Shown here: positions 1-10,763 of the stretch, in pieces
How the letters are laid out: every line of letters starts with the position of its first letter
Position numbering within the stretch: position 1 is the stretch's first letter
Assembly (NCBI GenBank): GCA_963788195.1
Contig: CAWBGA010000017.1
Coordinates: 288,001 to 352,000, forward strand
Length of the DNA: 64,000 bases
Direction of reading: 5' to 3'
DNA from: Nitrospirota bacterium
GTDB taxonomy: Bacteria; Nitrospirota; Nitrospiria; Nitrospirales; NS-4
The notes under the pieces: model-generated
The model's database searches: none
The model's input: only the letters and a program-made list of their open reading frames with translations
What the model was told of the DNA's origin: nothing
Made by a program: the position numbers and the translations under genes

Positions 1-132
1 ACCGAAAGAGATGCCGAAGCGCGTGCCCTCGTAGACTCTGAGCTTCGCGACATGCGGGCCGAACTGAAGATGCTTCGTCAGTCGGTCTTTACGATGCGGC
101 CCGCAGCGAAAAGCAAGAGCCGACGCCGTTGA
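1..132 (+). CDS. 3' end of an unknown protein (partial at window edge)
   Basis: Frame 1 is open from base 1 (TERDAEARALVDSELRDMRAELKMLRQ...KSRRR) to TGA at 130-132. Confidence 0.45.
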   Translation, partial: TERDAEARALVDSELRDMRAELKMLRQSVFTMRPAAKSKSRRR

Positions 133-438
133 TCCCAACACTGCAACTCTTCCCCGAGCAGGCATGCGCGGTATGCGGTATACACCGTGTAAGGCCCAGA
201 CAGTCTAACCCCTCTTCGAGCATCACTGCATTCTGACGAAGCCGCGTCTGTTCAAGTTCCTCGCGCATTCAAGTTAGATCGCTCTCTCAAGAGATCACGT
301 TGACGCCTGCAAGGCCGGCCTTTTGCGTGAGAAACCCGCTTACAGGGTATATGCCCCCCGCAGTGATTGCCATCGAATGGGGAGGCTTTCACCTATAGTG
401 GTATTTCCTAATGTTTTTACTGTTACTACCATCGGCCC

Positions 439-2196
439 ATGCGTCCCTCCGAAAACCATATCCAACATTCTTGGGTTCGCCATTATAACGACGGAGTGCC
501 GTCCACGTGCTGCTACCCACAATGCACGCTCCCCGAGATGCTACAGGATTCAGCCACGCGATTTCCCCGCTCAGTAGCCCTGCGGTTCTACGGCGCCAAG
601 GTGACCTTCTCTGAACTCAACGATATGGTGACCCGCTTTGCGCAGGCCTTGTACGCCATCGGCGTGCGTCGGGGCGATCGTGTAGCCATCATGCTGCCCA
701 ATATCCCGCAGGCCATTATTGGGCATTACGGAGCACTGAGGGCAGGGGCGATCGTCGTGCAGACCAACCCGCTGTATCTCGAACAAGAGCTTGAGACCCA
801 GCTTCGTGACGCAGGTGCTGAAACGATCCTGGCGCTCGATCTTTTCTATCCCCGTATCCAATCCCTTAAGCAGCGCACGTCGCTGCGACGGGTCATCACC
901 ACGAGCATTCGGGATTTTCTCCCTCCGGTCCGGCGGCTGCTCTATCCCATTAAGGCCAGGCTCAGCGGGCGCTGGATACGCCTGAGGCCCGCTCCCTCGC
1001 TGTATGACTTCAGAGAGATGCTGAAGGCCAAGCCGGATGCCGGGGACCAAGACGGCGTCCTACCGGTACTTTCCCCGGATGATCTGGCATTGCTCCAATA
1101 CACCGGCGGCACAACCGGAACACCGAAAGGAGTCATGCTGAGCCACCGCAATGTGATGACCAACGCCATGCAGTGCCGGGTGTGGGTGCCCGACTTGCAA
1201 GAGGGCCGGGAAGTGTTCCTGGGTGTGATCCCGTTTTTTCATGTCTATGGGTTGAGCACCTGTCAACACCTCGCCATGATGACCGGATCCACGTTGGTGC
1301 TGCTCCCGCGGTTTCAGGTCAAAGAGGTTTTGCGGGCGATTCAGACGTATCGCGTGACGATCTTCTCCGCCATCCCGATGATGTTTATGAAGGTCTCTGA
1401 ATCCCCTGAGGCTCGCAAGTACGACTTGCGATCACTGCGCGTGTGCCTCAGCGGTGCGAGCCCTCTGCATGCTGAGGTCCAGGACCGGTTTGAGCGCCTG
1501 ACGGGCGTCAAGATCTCAGAAGGCTACGGACTGACGGAGGCAGGGCCTGTCACCCATTGCAACCCTGTCTACGGCCATAATCCCCAAAGCTCCATCGGCG
1601 TGCCCTTTCCTGATACCGAGACACGGATTGTGGATCTTGAAACAGGCGACTGTGTGCTGCCGGTCGGGCAGGCCGGCGAACTGACGGTTCGAGGACCGCA
1701 GATCATGCAAGGCTACTGGAATAACGAAAAGGAAACTCGCGACGTGCTGCGCAATGGGTGGCTCTATACCGGCGACGTGGTCCGTGAAGACACAACAGGG
1801 TTCTTTTTTCTGGTAGACCGCAAGAAAGACATGATTAAGAGCCGCGGAGAAAATGTCTATCCCCGGGACGTCGAGGAGGTTTTATTTCGGCATCCTGCCG
1901 TCAAGGATGCGGTAGTCGTCGGGATCCCCGACCGTCAACTCGGCGAAGCGGTGAAGGGTTATGTCGTGCTGCACGAAGGTTGCCTGACGACTGAGTCGGA
2001 CCTGATCACGCATTGTCGAGGCGTTCTGGCCGCCTTTAAGGTGCCATCGCATATCGCTTTTCGTCAGGAGTTGCCGAGAACGCTGGTTGGGAAAGTCTTA
2101 CGCCGGGCATTGCTCAATGAAGAGGCGAGCAAAGACCGCGACGACGCCCACACCCTGAAGCCAACCAAACAAGTCACCGTGGGAGATGCACGATGA
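439..2196 (+). CDS. fadD: long-chain fatty acid--CoA ligase
   Basis: AMP-binding motif LQYTGGTTGTPKG, EGYGLTE, GWLYTGD, DRKKDMI. Confidence 0.93.
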   Translation: MRPSENHIQHSWVRHYNDGVPSTCCYPQCTLPEMLQDSATRFPRSVALRFYGAKVTFSELNDMVTRFAQALYAIGVRRGDRVAIMLPNIPQAIIGHYGALRAGAIVVQTNPLYLEQELETQLRDAGAETILALDLFYPRIQSLKQRTSLRRVITTSIRDFLPPVRRLLYPIKARLSGRWIRLRPAPSLYDFREMLKAKPDAGDQDGVLPVLSPDDLALLQYTGGTTGTPKGVMLSHRNVMTNAMQCRVWVPDLQEGREVFLGVIPFFHVYGLSTCQHLAMMTGSTLVLLPRFQVKEVLRAIQTYRVTIFSAIPMMFMKVSESPEARKYDLRSLRVCLSGASPLHAEVQDRFERLTGVKISEGYGLTEAGPVTHCNPVYGHNPQSSIGVPFPDTETRIVDLETGDCVLPVGQAGELTVRGPQIMQGYWNNEKETRDVLRNGWLYTGDVVREDTTGFFFLVDRKKDMIKSRGENVYPRDVEEVLFRHPAVKDAVVVGIPDRQLGEAVKGYVVLHEGCLTTESDLITHCRGVLAAFKVPSHIAFRQELPRTLVGKVLRRALLNEEASKDRDDAHTLKPTKQVTVGDAR

Positions 2197-3383
2197 AGGA
2201 TGTCGTTGTTGTAGCAGGTGCGCGCACGCCAATCGGAAACTTTGGAGGGGCCCTCAAGGACATCCCGGCGCAAAAGCTGGGCGAACTGGTCGTCCGGGAA
2301 GTGATCGCACGAACGGCGCTTGACCCCCGATTGATCGAGGAAGTGATTATGGGGTGCGTCGGGCAATTTTCCGATGCGGCCAACATCGCGCGGGTCATCG
2401 GGTTGATGGCCGGCCTTCCCATTCAAACGCCGGCCTATTCGGTACAGCGCAACTGCTCATCCGGGCTTCAACCGTTTGTGAACGCGTTCCAAAACATCCA
2501 GAGCCAGGATGCGGATGTGCAGATCGTAGGCGGCGTCGAGAGCATGAGCCGAGCGCCCTACGTCACGCGGGATATGCGATGGGGTAAACGGTTGCGACAC
2601 ACGGAATTCATCGACACTCTGTGGGAAGCCCTGACTGATCCCGTTTGCGGCCAGATGATGGGGCGAACCGCTGAGAATCTTGCCGAGGAGTTCGGCATCG
2701 GCCGCCAGGAGCAGGACCAGTTCGCCGTCGAGAGTCACCGCCGGGCATTTCGCGCTCTTCGCGAAGGACGGTTCAAAGACGAAACGATGCCGCTCAGCAT
2801 TCCAAAATCTGTCGCTGGCCGCGATGTCGCCCCCACGGTCTTGACCCAGGATGAAGGACCGAACGTGGGATTGTCCGAACAACAGCTTGGCCTGTACCCA
2901 CCGTTGTTCAAGGAAGGCGGAACGGTGACGGCGGGCAACAGCTGCCCCCTCAACGATGGCGCCGCCGCCGCTCTCGTGATGTCCGCCGACCGGGCCCGAG
3001 CGTTGGGACTCACCCCGATGGGTCGTATTCGAGGGTACGCCTTTATCGGCGTTGAGCCCACACGGATGGGGATCGGCCCCGCGGAGGCTCTTCCTCTGGC
3101 GTTGAAGAAGGCTCACGTCACGTTGGACGACCTCGATCTTATTGAGCTCAATGAGGCCTTTGCGGCCCAATGTCTGGCGGTAGTACGAGTGTTGAGACTG
3201 AAGCAGGAGCGGGTCAACGTCAATGGCGGCGCCATCGCGTTGGGCCACCCCGTGGGCATGACCGGGACCCGCTTAGTCCTGACGCTGCTTCATGAGATGC
3301 GACGGCGGGAGGTCGCGCTTGGTGCGGTGACCATGTGTGTCGGAGGGGGACAAGGCGCCGCAATGGTGTTTGAGCGCGTGTGA
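2193..3383 (+). CDS. acetyl-CoA C-acyltransferase (thiolase)
   Basis: RNCSSG catalytic Cys, NEAFA, GHPVG, MCVGGGQG; ATGA overlap with fadD. Confidence 0.95.
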   Translation: MKDVVVVAGARTPIGNFGGALKDIPAQKLGELVVREVIARTALDPRLIEEVIMGCVGQFSDAANIARVIGLMAGLPIQTPAYSVQRNCSSGLQPFVNAFQNIQSQDADVQIVGGVESMSRAPYVTRDMRWGKRLRHTEFIDTLWEALTDPVCGQMMGRTAENLAEEFGIGRQEQDQFAVESHRRAFRALREGRFKDETMPLSIPKSVAGRDVAPTVLTQDEGPNVGLSEQQLGLYPPLFKEGGTVTAGNSCPLNDGAAAALVMSADRARALGLTPMGRIRGYAFIGVEPTRMGIGPAEALPLALKKAHVTLDDLDLIELNEAFAAQCLAVVRVLRLKQERVNVNGGAIALGHPVGMTGTRLVLTLLHEMRRREVALGAVTMCVGGGQGAAMVFERV

Positions 3384-3420
3384 GTGAGCGGGTGCAAATA
3401 ACCACGATCGAGGTGTCCTA

Positions 3421-4665
3421 ATGTACATCTACAAGGTTGGCGTCGTCGGCGCAGGCACGATGGGCGCGCAGCTCGCCCAGGTTGTGAGCTATGCCGGATT
3501 ACCGGTCGTGATCACAGATGTGAGCACAGAAATCGCCCAGCGGGGCGTCGAGACCGTGCGTCATATATACCAGGCTCGCGTTGATCGAGGGAAAATGACT
3601 CCGGAGCAGCTCGAGGAGAAAATGCTGCTCGTGACTGCGGCAGGAACACTCACTGCGCTCCGCGAGGTGGATCTCGTGATTGAGGCAGTCTCGGAGAATG
3701 CCGCGCTCAAGGCACAGGTGCTGGGCGATGTGGATGCCATCTGCTCGGCGGGAACGATCCTGGCCAGTAATACTTCCGCCCTCTCGATTTCCTCGTTGGC
3801 AGCCGCCACACGCCGGCCCGGAAAGGTCGTCGGTCTGCACTTTTTCAACCCCGCCTATGCGATGCCGCTCGTCGAGATCATCCCAGGCCTCGCAACTGGT
3901 TTGGACACGGTGGATGACATGGTGAGTTTTGCCGAAAGCATTCGCAAAGTCCCGATCGTGGTCAAGGAATGCGCGGGATTCCTCGTCAATCGCCTCCTCA
4001 TGGTGTACCTCAATGAAGCGGTCCTCTGTCTGCAGGAGGGAGCCGCCACCTGTAAAGAGATTGAGCAGGACATGATCGCATTTGGAATGCCGGTTGGACC
4101 CTTCACGCTCCTCGATACGATCGGGCTCGACATCTCCTATGAGGTTGCGCGGATCCTTCATCAGAGTTACGGGCCAAGGATGGCGCCGGCCACCCTGCTC
4201 GGTGAATTGGTCAAGGCCGGAAGGCTAGGGGTAAAAAATGGTCACGGGTTTTACGAATATGACGGTCCCGAGGTCGGCAATCTGGAGCAGCTTATTGAAA
4301 AGGTTCGGCCCGATTCAACGCCCCCACGGGCCGTGTGGAGCCCCAGCCGGCTCTTGCTTGCGATGGTGAATGAGGCGGTCCTGGCGCTGCAGGAGGGCAT
4401 TGCATCGGCGCGAGATATCGATATCGCCATGGTGGCGGGAACAGGATTTCCACCCGACAAGGAAGGCCCGTTGCATTATGCCGATCGGCTCGGCATCGAT
4501 GTCGTGCTGCATGAACTTGAGGAGTATGCCCAGACCTTAGATCCACGGTTTTGGCCTGCGCCACTACTTCGTCGAATGGTCTCTGCCGGCTTTACAGGAA
4601 CGCACGCGGCCCGAGGCTTCTTTAGCTACGAGATTGCCGCTCAAGGGGCGGGAGGAAACTTATGA
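3421..4665 (+). CDS. 3-hydroxyacyl-CoA dehydrogenase with duplicated C-terminal domain
   Basis: GAGTMG, LASNTS, GLHFFNP, GFLVNR; second C-terminal domain NEA...DIDIAM...GP...D.LGID. Confidence 0.93.
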   Translation: MYIYKVGVVGAGTMGAQLAQVVSYAGLPVVITDVSTEIAQRGVETVRHIYQARVDRGKMTPEQLEEKMLLVTAAGTLTALREVDLVIEAVSENAALKAQVLGDVDAICSAGTILASNTSALSISSLAAATRRPGKVVGLHFFNPAYAMPLVEIIPGLATGLDTVDDMVSFAESIRKVPIVVKECAGFLVNRLLMVYLNEAVLCLQEGAATCKEIEQDMIAFGMPVGPFTLLDTIGLDISYEVARILHQSYGPRMAPATLLGELVKAGRLGVKNGHGFYEYDGPEVGNLEQLIEKVRPDSTPPRAVWSPSRLLLAMVNEAVLALQEGIASARDIDIAMVAGTGFPPDKEGPLHYADRLGIDVVLHELEEYAQTLDPRFWPAPLLRRMVSAGFTGTHAARGFFSYEIAAQGAGGNL

Positions 4666-5450
4666 CGGCGGTCACGACCCCCTCACTCTCGTGTTCGGTG
4701 GACAACGCGATCGCCACGTTGACGCTGAACCACCCTCCCGTGAATGCGCTCACCCCGGAACTGCTGGGGGAACTTGAGAGCAGCTTCGACAGTCTCGCAA
4801 AGAACAACAGCGTCAAGGTGGTGATTTTGACCGGCACAGGCCGCTTCTTCATTGCCGGAGCGGATATTCAGGTGCTCGCCGGCATCCCCTCCTCCCGGGA
4901 GGGGCGAGAGATGGCCCTGCGGGGACAGGCGATTTTTACGAAAATCGAGCAGTTCGAAAAGCCGGTGATCGCCGCGCTCAATGGGACATGTCTCGGCGGC
5001 GGCTTGGAACTGGCGATGTGCTGCCACATCCGGATTGCGGCGGAAGGGGCGCGCATGGGCCAGCCTGAAGTGAATCTGGGAATCATCCCCGGATTTGGCG
5101 GTACCCAACGGCTCTCGCGTCTGGTCGGCCGGTCCAAGGCGCTCGAACTTATTCTGACGGGTGATCTCCTCTCGGCGTCCGAAGCCAGGGACCTGGGTCT
5201 GATCTCACAGGTCTTGCCGCCGGAAGAACTGTTACGCGCGGCCCAGGGCCTGGCCCGCAAGATTGCGTCAAAAGGCCAGTTGGCTGTACGCGCGGCCCTG
5301 CGCGCCGTGACCCACGGTGCCGAACTCGCGCTGCAGGAAGGGTTGCGGCAGGAAGCGCAACTGTTCGCCTATCTCTGTGATTCCGATGACAAGCGGGAAG
5401 GCGTCCAAGCTTTCTTGGAGAAACGGCAGCCGCAGTTTAAAGATCGATAA
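4662..5450 (+). CDS. enoyl-CoA hydratase/isomerase
   Basis: FIAGADI, GGGLELAM, GQPEVNLGIIPGFGGTQRL. Confidence 0.95.
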   Translation: MTAVTTPSLSCSVDNAIATLTLNHPPVNALTPELLGELESSFDSLAKNNSVKVVILTGTGRFFIAGADIQVLAGIPSSREGREMALRGQAIFTKIEQFEKPVIAALNGTCLGGGLELAMCCHIRIAAEGARMGQPEVNLGIIPGFGGTQRLSRLVGRSKALELILTGDLLSASEARDLGLISQVLPPEELLRAAQGLARKIASKGQLAVRAALRAVTHGAELALQEGLRQEAQLFAYLCDSDDKREGVQAFLEKRQPQFKDR

Positions 5451-5476
5451 CGCTTGAGAAGATAGGGGTTCGAGCG

Positions 5477-6676
5477 ATGGCGCGATCCAGATTGGCGTTG
5501 GCGTTATCAGGTGGGGGTTTTACCGGCTATCTGTTTGAGATCGGAGCGCTGACCGCTCTTGATGACGTGTTCGACGATGGATTTAGCGTCACGCATTTCG
5601 ACTTCTACGTCGGGGTCAGCGCAGGGTCGGCAGCCGCCGCTCTGATGGCGAACGGAGTGAAACCCGAGGAGGTTCTGCGGGCTAACCTCCTCGGCGAACG
5701 TCCCTATTACTTCGAGCGCCGCGACATTTTTGTCCCGGCGATGGGTGAAGGCTTCAAGAGCATCACCCGATTGATTCAGCAATTCGGTCAGGTTTTTACG
5801 ATGTATCTCCGCAACGGCCGTGGGATGGGACTCGTTGGCCTCTTGGAGAAGGCACAAGAGACATTTCCCTGCGGGATCTATTCTCTTGACCCATTCGCGC
5901 GCTACCTGGAAACCACATTTGCCGCAAAAGGTTTGAGCAATTCCTTTGAAGGGCTGCGGCATGCTCTTTACATTCCCGCGATTGATCTGGAAACCGGGCA
6001 GAGCGTGGTTTTCGGGGATGAGGGATGGCGCCAGGTGCCGATTTCGAAGGCGGTGACCGCCTCATCGGCCGCCCCCATCTACTTCTGTCCGGTGCGAATC
6101 GAAGGCCGCGAGTATATCGACGCAGGTATCGGCCGGTTTGATTGCTTTGACCTCGCCGCCCAAAAAGCGGCGGACTTTATGCTGATCATCCACCCATCGC
6201 CACTTCTTGGCATGGCCCCGCTGGGGGCGCTCACCCCAACCAACCGGTCGGCCAATTCACGGCATCGAGGTTTTCTGTCGATCTCGGATCTGGCGTCACG
6301 CATAAATCTGGAGGCCCGCTTTCGCTTGGCCTTAGACCTCAACCGACGCGAACATCCCGGGAAGTTTTTCGTGATTTCCCCGGACCCTTCCGAAAGCTTG
6401 AGCTTCGAGAGGAGCCGATTTCTGACGTTCCAAGACCGGATCCATCTCCTTCGTTGCGGGTACCTCTCCGCCGCCCAGATGATCCAGAAACACGTTACGG
6501 AGATGCGACCCAGGCTGGCTCGACATGGAATTTCCATTTCGATTCCAAAGATGGAAGAGCGGATGCGGATCCGCCTCCAACAGTTTGACGAGGGGGCGCA
6601 CGCAAGTTCTCAGGGTGCACAACACTCGCCCGGCCACGCTGGCCCAACAGCGGCATTGTCAAAGGTCCCCGGCTAA
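5477..6676 (+). CDS. patatin-like phospholipase/esterase
   Basis: LSGGG oxyanion motif, GVSAG nucleophile, ASSAAP, YIDAG (DGG variant). Confidence 0.9.
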   Translation: MARSRLALALSGGGFTGYLFEIGALTALDDVFDDGFSVTHFDFYVGVSAGSAAAALMANGVKPEEVLRANLLGERPYYFERRDIFVPAMGEGFKSITRLIQQFGQVFTMYLRNGRGMGLVGLLEKAQETFPCGIYSLDPFARYLETTFAAKGLSNSFEGLRHALYIPAIDLETGQSVVFGDEGWRQVPISKAVTASSAAPIYFCPVRIEGREYIDAGIGRFDCFDLAAQKAADFMLIIHPSPLLGMAPLGALTPTNRSANSRHRGFLSISDLASRINLEARFRLALDLNRREHPGKFFVISPDPSESLSFERSRFLTFQDRIHLLRCGYLSAAQMIQKHVTEMRPRLARHGISISIPKMEERMRIRLQQFDEGAHASSQGAQHSPGHAGPTAALSKVPG

Positions 6677-6732
6677 GGCCCTATGCCAATCCATACACAT
6701 GCGGGTTCAATCGTAACAGCTGAGTCAACGAC

Positions 6733-8670
6733 ATGGTGACAGGAGAAAAAATCTTTCAGGGCTCACTGGCGGCAGCCGAGGTCTCCCGAGATACGAAGAC
6801 CTACTCAGGTTTCATGTCCGGCCTGTTCGAAGGCGCCGTTCGTCGGCATCTCTTCAGCTGTTACTCCACTACGCCCATGGGCGCAGAGGCGGAAGACTTC
6901 GTAGAACGACTCCGTCTGCTTCTCGTCCAGAAAGTCGACCCAGAACGAATTGATCGAGACGGCGATATCAGCGAGGACGTGATTGCCGCATTCCGAGAGA
7001 TTGGCGCGTTTGGGATCAAAATCCCCAAAGCCTACGGCGGTCTGGGCCTCTCCCAGAGCGAATATCACACCGTTGCGACCCTTCTTGGCAGTCATGATGC
7101 GTCGACGACCGTCCTGATCTCGGCTCATAATTCTATTGGGGTCGGGGAGCCGGTCAAACTGGTAGGCGACCCGGGCCAGAAGAAGCGATTGTTGCCGCGC
7201 CTTGCGAAGGGGGAAATTTCAGGATTTGCGCTGACCGAAAAGGGCGCCGGCTGCGATATCTGGGATCTCAAAGCCTATGCCGTGCCCGTCAAGGAACATG
7301 GGCGCACCATCGGCTACCGGCTTACGGCCGATAAGCTGTACACGACGAATGCGCCGCACCGCAAAAATGAGTTTTTAGCCTCGTTGTTGATCGTCATTGC
7401 GCAGATTGTGAATGCGCCGCACGAGGTCCACCGTCCGAAGGAGGAGCGACAGTTCGGCGCGTTTGTGGTTGAAACAAGCGCGCCGGGCTGCAGTTGCAGC
7501 CGTCTTCGATTCATGGGCGTTCGGGGGATCTACAACGGCCAGGTGCATTTGCGCGATGTCTTTGTTCCGGTCGAGGACCGGCTGGGAGAAGAGGGCAAGG
7601 GCCTGCGCCGTGCCTTAGAAAGTTTGACGGTCGGACGGCTCACCCTGCCCGCGGCCTGCTTGGGCGTTTTGAAGCAATGTCTCTGGTTTGCCCGGTTACG
7701 CGCGCAGACCCGTGTGCAGTATGACCGTCCCATCGGGGAGCACACGGACATCGGTTCAAAGCTCGTGGCCATGGCCTCGCGCGTGCTGGCTCTTGAAGCC
7801 CTCGTGAAGATCACCGGAATCTGGGTCGATGAGAAGCAGGATGTTCGTCTTGAATCAGCGGCGGCAAAAATTCTCGCCACGGAATGGCTGCTTGAATCAT
7901 TACTTGATCTTTTCCGCTTGTACGGCGGCCGGGCGTATGAGACACCGGATTCGCTCCGTCTCCGAGGTGAAATTCCGGTGCCGATCGAACGGATGATACG
8001 CGACGCATTAATCAATATCATCTGGGAAGGGACCAATGGCATTTTGAACCTTTGGATCGGCAGGGAAGGCCTGGAGGAGTATTTTAAGCAGGGCAAGGCC
8101 TTTCTGGATCTGCAGATCAAGGAGATGTTCTTGGCCACCCCATTTTTTGCAAAGGTCATGTCCCGTTCGCTCCATACCTTTTCTTCGCATGAGAAAAACG
8201 GCGCTGCGAAAACGCCCTCGGACGTCTGGAAGCGCTTCGTGGAAGAGAAGAGCAGAGAACTTGCGCGCAAGACCCTTCTGGCGACAGCACGGCATCGCCG
8301 CCGACTCGTGCCGAAGCAAATTTTGATGAGACGTTTTGTCAAAGCCAGCATGAATCTGTTTGCCATTGAAGCAGTCGTGTGGTACGCGTCGCAGAAGGAT
8401 GTGAAGGGAAGGGAGCTTTCAGCATCCCTGCTCACGTATTTCTGCTCCCGAGTGAAAGAAGAATTCGAGCCTACGCCGCTGTTGTCTCTGCGGACCTCAT
8501 TTTGGGACGACGACACGACGGTGTACCGGATAGCGAAAGACCTTCTCTCTGGAAAAGCCGAATGGCTCGAGGATGGAATCGTCAAGATGCCGTTGACAGA
8601 TGATCCGTCTCACGAAGACCTCGTCAATGAAGGTGGAGGGTGTTTTACGCCCACGCGCCATGCCCTGTGA
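6733..8670 (+). CDS. long-type acyl-CoA dehydrogenase (FadE/VLCAD-like)
   Basis: FALTEKGAGCD, YGGLG, IWEGTN catalytic region. Confidence 0.9.
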   Translation: MVTGEKIFQGSLAAAEVSRDTKTYSGFMSGLFEGAVRRHLFSCYSTTPMGAEAEDFVERLRLLLVQKVDPERIDRDGDISEDVIAAFREIGAFGIKIPKAYGGLGLSQSEYHTVATLLGSHDASTTVLISAHNSIGVGEPVKLVGDPGQKKRLLPRLAKGEISGFALTEKGAGCDIWDLKAYAVPVKEHGRTIGYRLTADKLYTTNAPHRKNEFLASLLIVIAQIVNAPHEVHRPKEERQFGAFVVETSAPGCSCSRLRFMGVRGIYNGQVHLRDVFVPVEDRLGEEGKGLRRALESLTVGRLTLPAACLGVLKQCLWFARLRAQTRVQYDRPIGEHTDIGSKLVAMASRVLALEALVKITGIWVDEKQDVRLESAAAKILATEWLLESLLDLFRLYGGRAYETPDSLRLRGEIPVPIERMIRDALINIIWEGTNGILNLWIGREGLEEYFKQGKAFLDLQIKEMFLATPFFAKVMSRSLHTFSSHEKNGAAKTPSDVWKRFVEEKSRELARKTLLATARHRRRLVPKQILMRRFVKASMNLFAIEAVVWYASQKDVKGRELSASLLTYFCSRVKEEFEPTPLLSLRTSFWDDDTTVYRIAKDLLSGKAEWLEDGIVKMPLTDDPSHEDLVNEGGGCFTPTRHAL

Positions 8671-9460
8671 GCCTGCCACGGCGCCCCTGGTGATTGCGCA
8701 CCGGGGCGCCTCCGGCATCGTCCCTGAAAACACCTGCCTTGCCCTGTCCACCGCAATGGACCTCGGCGCTGACATGGTCGAGGTGGACATTCAACTGAGT
8801 CGGGACAGGTACCCCGTCGTCTTTCATGATGGGGACTTGGCTCGCACTCGGTGCTCCGCGCAGTACTCACCGCGCGCACTCAAATCCCTTCGGATCGGCG
8901 ATCTGAACTTGTGGCAGCTTAAGCAGCTGGATGTCGGATCATGGAAGCACCGGAAATTTGCCGGCTTGACCATACCGACGCTCGTAGAGGTTCTCTCACT
9001 GTGTGGAGGAAAGATTGCGCTGAACCTGGAGGTGAAAATCCCTTCTAATGGTGACGAGGCACGGGTACGGCATGCCATGATCGATGAACTCGGTGAAGCC
9101 CTGACCGGCTATCCATTGCCGGAGTCTGTCCTGATTTCCTCTTTCGACGGGGAAGTTTTGAAACTGGCCCGTGGTGCATTCCCTACGAGCCGGTTGGGCA
9201 TCCTGCCGCAGCAGCAAGGCCTTCGGGAGACCCTTCGACTTGCCGATCGTCTGAACGCGTTTTCAGTTCATCTGCGCTGTGCATCCATAGGGCCGGCGAT
9301 TGTGAAGTCAATCCGTGGGCGCGGCGTGCGTCTCTACGCATACACCACTGATCGAACGCAGACTTTCAAAAGATTGATCGCCGCCGGCGTCGATGGCATC
9401 TTCACGAACTTTCCAGATCGCATGATCGCTCTAAGAGATCCACAACCGCGTTCCCGATAG
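8600..9460 (+). CDS. glycerophosphodiester phosphodiesterase (true start perhaps ATG 8660)
   Basis: IAHRGASG..PENT, EVDIQLSRD..PVVFHD, GVDGIFTNFPD. Confidence 0.92.
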   Translation: MIRLTKTSSMKVEGVLRPRAMPCEPATAPLVIAHRGASGIVPENTCLALSTAMDLGADMVEVDIQLSRDRYPVVFHDGDLARTRCSAQYSPRALKSLRIGDLNLWQLKQLDVGSWKHRKFAGLTIPTLVEVLSLCGGKIALNLEVKIPSNGDEARVRHAMIDELGEALTGYPLPESVLISSFDGEVLKLARGAFPTSRLGILPQQQGLRETLRLADRLNAFSVHLRCASIGPAIVKSIRGRGVRLYAYTTDRTQTFKRLIAAGVDGIFTNFPDRMIALRDPQPRSR

Positions 9461-10613
9461 GAATTGACGCAGTGGCTGCCGGCGACGGCGCGTTACAGAT
9501 ATGAATCGAGCGTGGTCCTTGGACGACGAGAAAATCATCCAGTAACCGGCCATCATTCGTCAGTGCTTGCGCGCGTACGCCTGCGGGCGCAGTTACAAGG
9601 TCCTCTGCGAGAATATCCGGAATCAATCGGTGAACGCGCCTCAGAAAAAGAGTCTTGCTCATCGCGCGGATCGCTTCCTTGCCGCCCTCACGCCAATGAC
9701 GCGCGGCAAACATCCAAAACCCTCGGGACCCCAGAAGTTCCATGGCATCGTGCAGATCAATCTCTTTTTTCCGGTACCCTTCCCGTTTAAAGGCGACGAC
9801 TGCGCTCGGACCCACTCTGACCTCACCGCTCATCTGTCGATTGAAGTGGACTCCCAGAAATGGGTAACGAGGATTCGGCACCGGATAGATCACGCCCCTC
9901 ACGAGATGCTGTTTCTCCGGTCTCAAGCGATAGTATTCCCCCCTGATCGGGATGATGCGCATCCCTGTTTGAAGACCCATTAATTCGGCAATGCGATCAG
10001 AGTGTAGCCCGGCGCAATTGATGAGAAACCGTGTTTGGTAAGAGGCCAAGGGTGACTCGATCTCCAAGTGAGAGGGCAGGACGGTAATCCGCTTGACGTC
10101 CGTGTTGAGCTGCAAGTCGCCATTGCCCTTCTGAATGAGCTCAGCAAATGTCTCGGCAACCTGACGATAACTGACAATGGCGGTGCTGGGGACCCGAAGG
10201 CCGGCCAAGCCGGCACAATGCGGCTCGATCTCACGTATCTCCTCCGCGCAAAGCTTCATCGCCTGGACACTATTGAGGAGGCCGCGCTGATAGACCGCCT
10301 CCAGGAGAGACAATTCTTCCTGCCGGGTTGCTACAATCAGCTTCCCGCATACTTGATGTGGTATCCCATGCTCCCGGCAGAAGGCCACCATCGCGTGATT
10401 GCCTTCCCGACAATACCGCGCTTTGAGACTGCCGGGCTGGTAATAGATCCCGGAGTGGATTTCGCCGCTGTTGTTCCCAGTCTGGTGCTCCCCCCATCGG
10501 CCCTCCTTTTCCAAGACGAGAATTTTGGCCCTCGGATACCGACGAGTCATCGCCCAGCCGGAGGAGAGGCCGACAATGCCTCCGCCCACTATGGCTACGT
10601 CGTATCTGGGCAT
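9402..10613 (-). CDS. lhgO: L-2-hydroxyglutarate oxidase
   Basis: GGGIVG, HQTGNNSG.IHSGIYY.PGSLKA, PFLGVH, NAPSPAATAS. Confidence 0.92.
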   Translation of the reverse strand: MPRYDVAIVGGGIVGLSSGWAMTRRYPRAKILVLEKEGRWGEHQTGNNSGEIHSGIYYQPGSLKARYCREGNHAMVAFCREHGIPHQVCGKLIVATRQEELSLLEAVYQRGLLNSVQAMKLCAEEIREIEPHCAGLAGLRVPSTAIVSYRQVAETFAELIQKGNGDLQLNTDVKRITVLPSHLEIESPLASYQTRFLINCAGLHSDRIAELMGLQTGMRIIPIRGEYYRLRPEKQHLVRGVIYPVPNPRYPFLGVHFNRQMSGEVRVGPSAVVAFKREGYRKKEIDLHDAMELLGSRGFWMFAARHWREGGKEAIRAMSKTLFLRRVHRLIPDILAEDLVTAPAGVRAQALTNDGRLLDDFLVVQGPRSIHICNAPSPAATASIPIGNAVVDLLERSCDLESS

Positions 10614-10763
10614 CTCAGCTATTCCGTGCGTGAAAGTGAAACCCGTGTGAAGGCTGCTGGTTGGGCGTCAATCTAATAGAGACATACACCTAGATAATGT
10701 ACGCGCTCTCGGCCGGAAGGGCAAGGAAGGGGACGATGGCTTCCAAGGGGTAACAGATTAAAG

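Noticed and set aside
312..327. Sigma54-like GG-N10-GC upstream of fadD
   Set aside because: Weak match to TGGCAC-N5-TTGC in GC-rich DNA, with no other support.
7530..8585. Long antisense ORFs (e.g. 7530-8585, 2457-3248, 58611-59369)
   Set aside because: Shadows of well-supported genes on the opposite strand in high-GC DNA.
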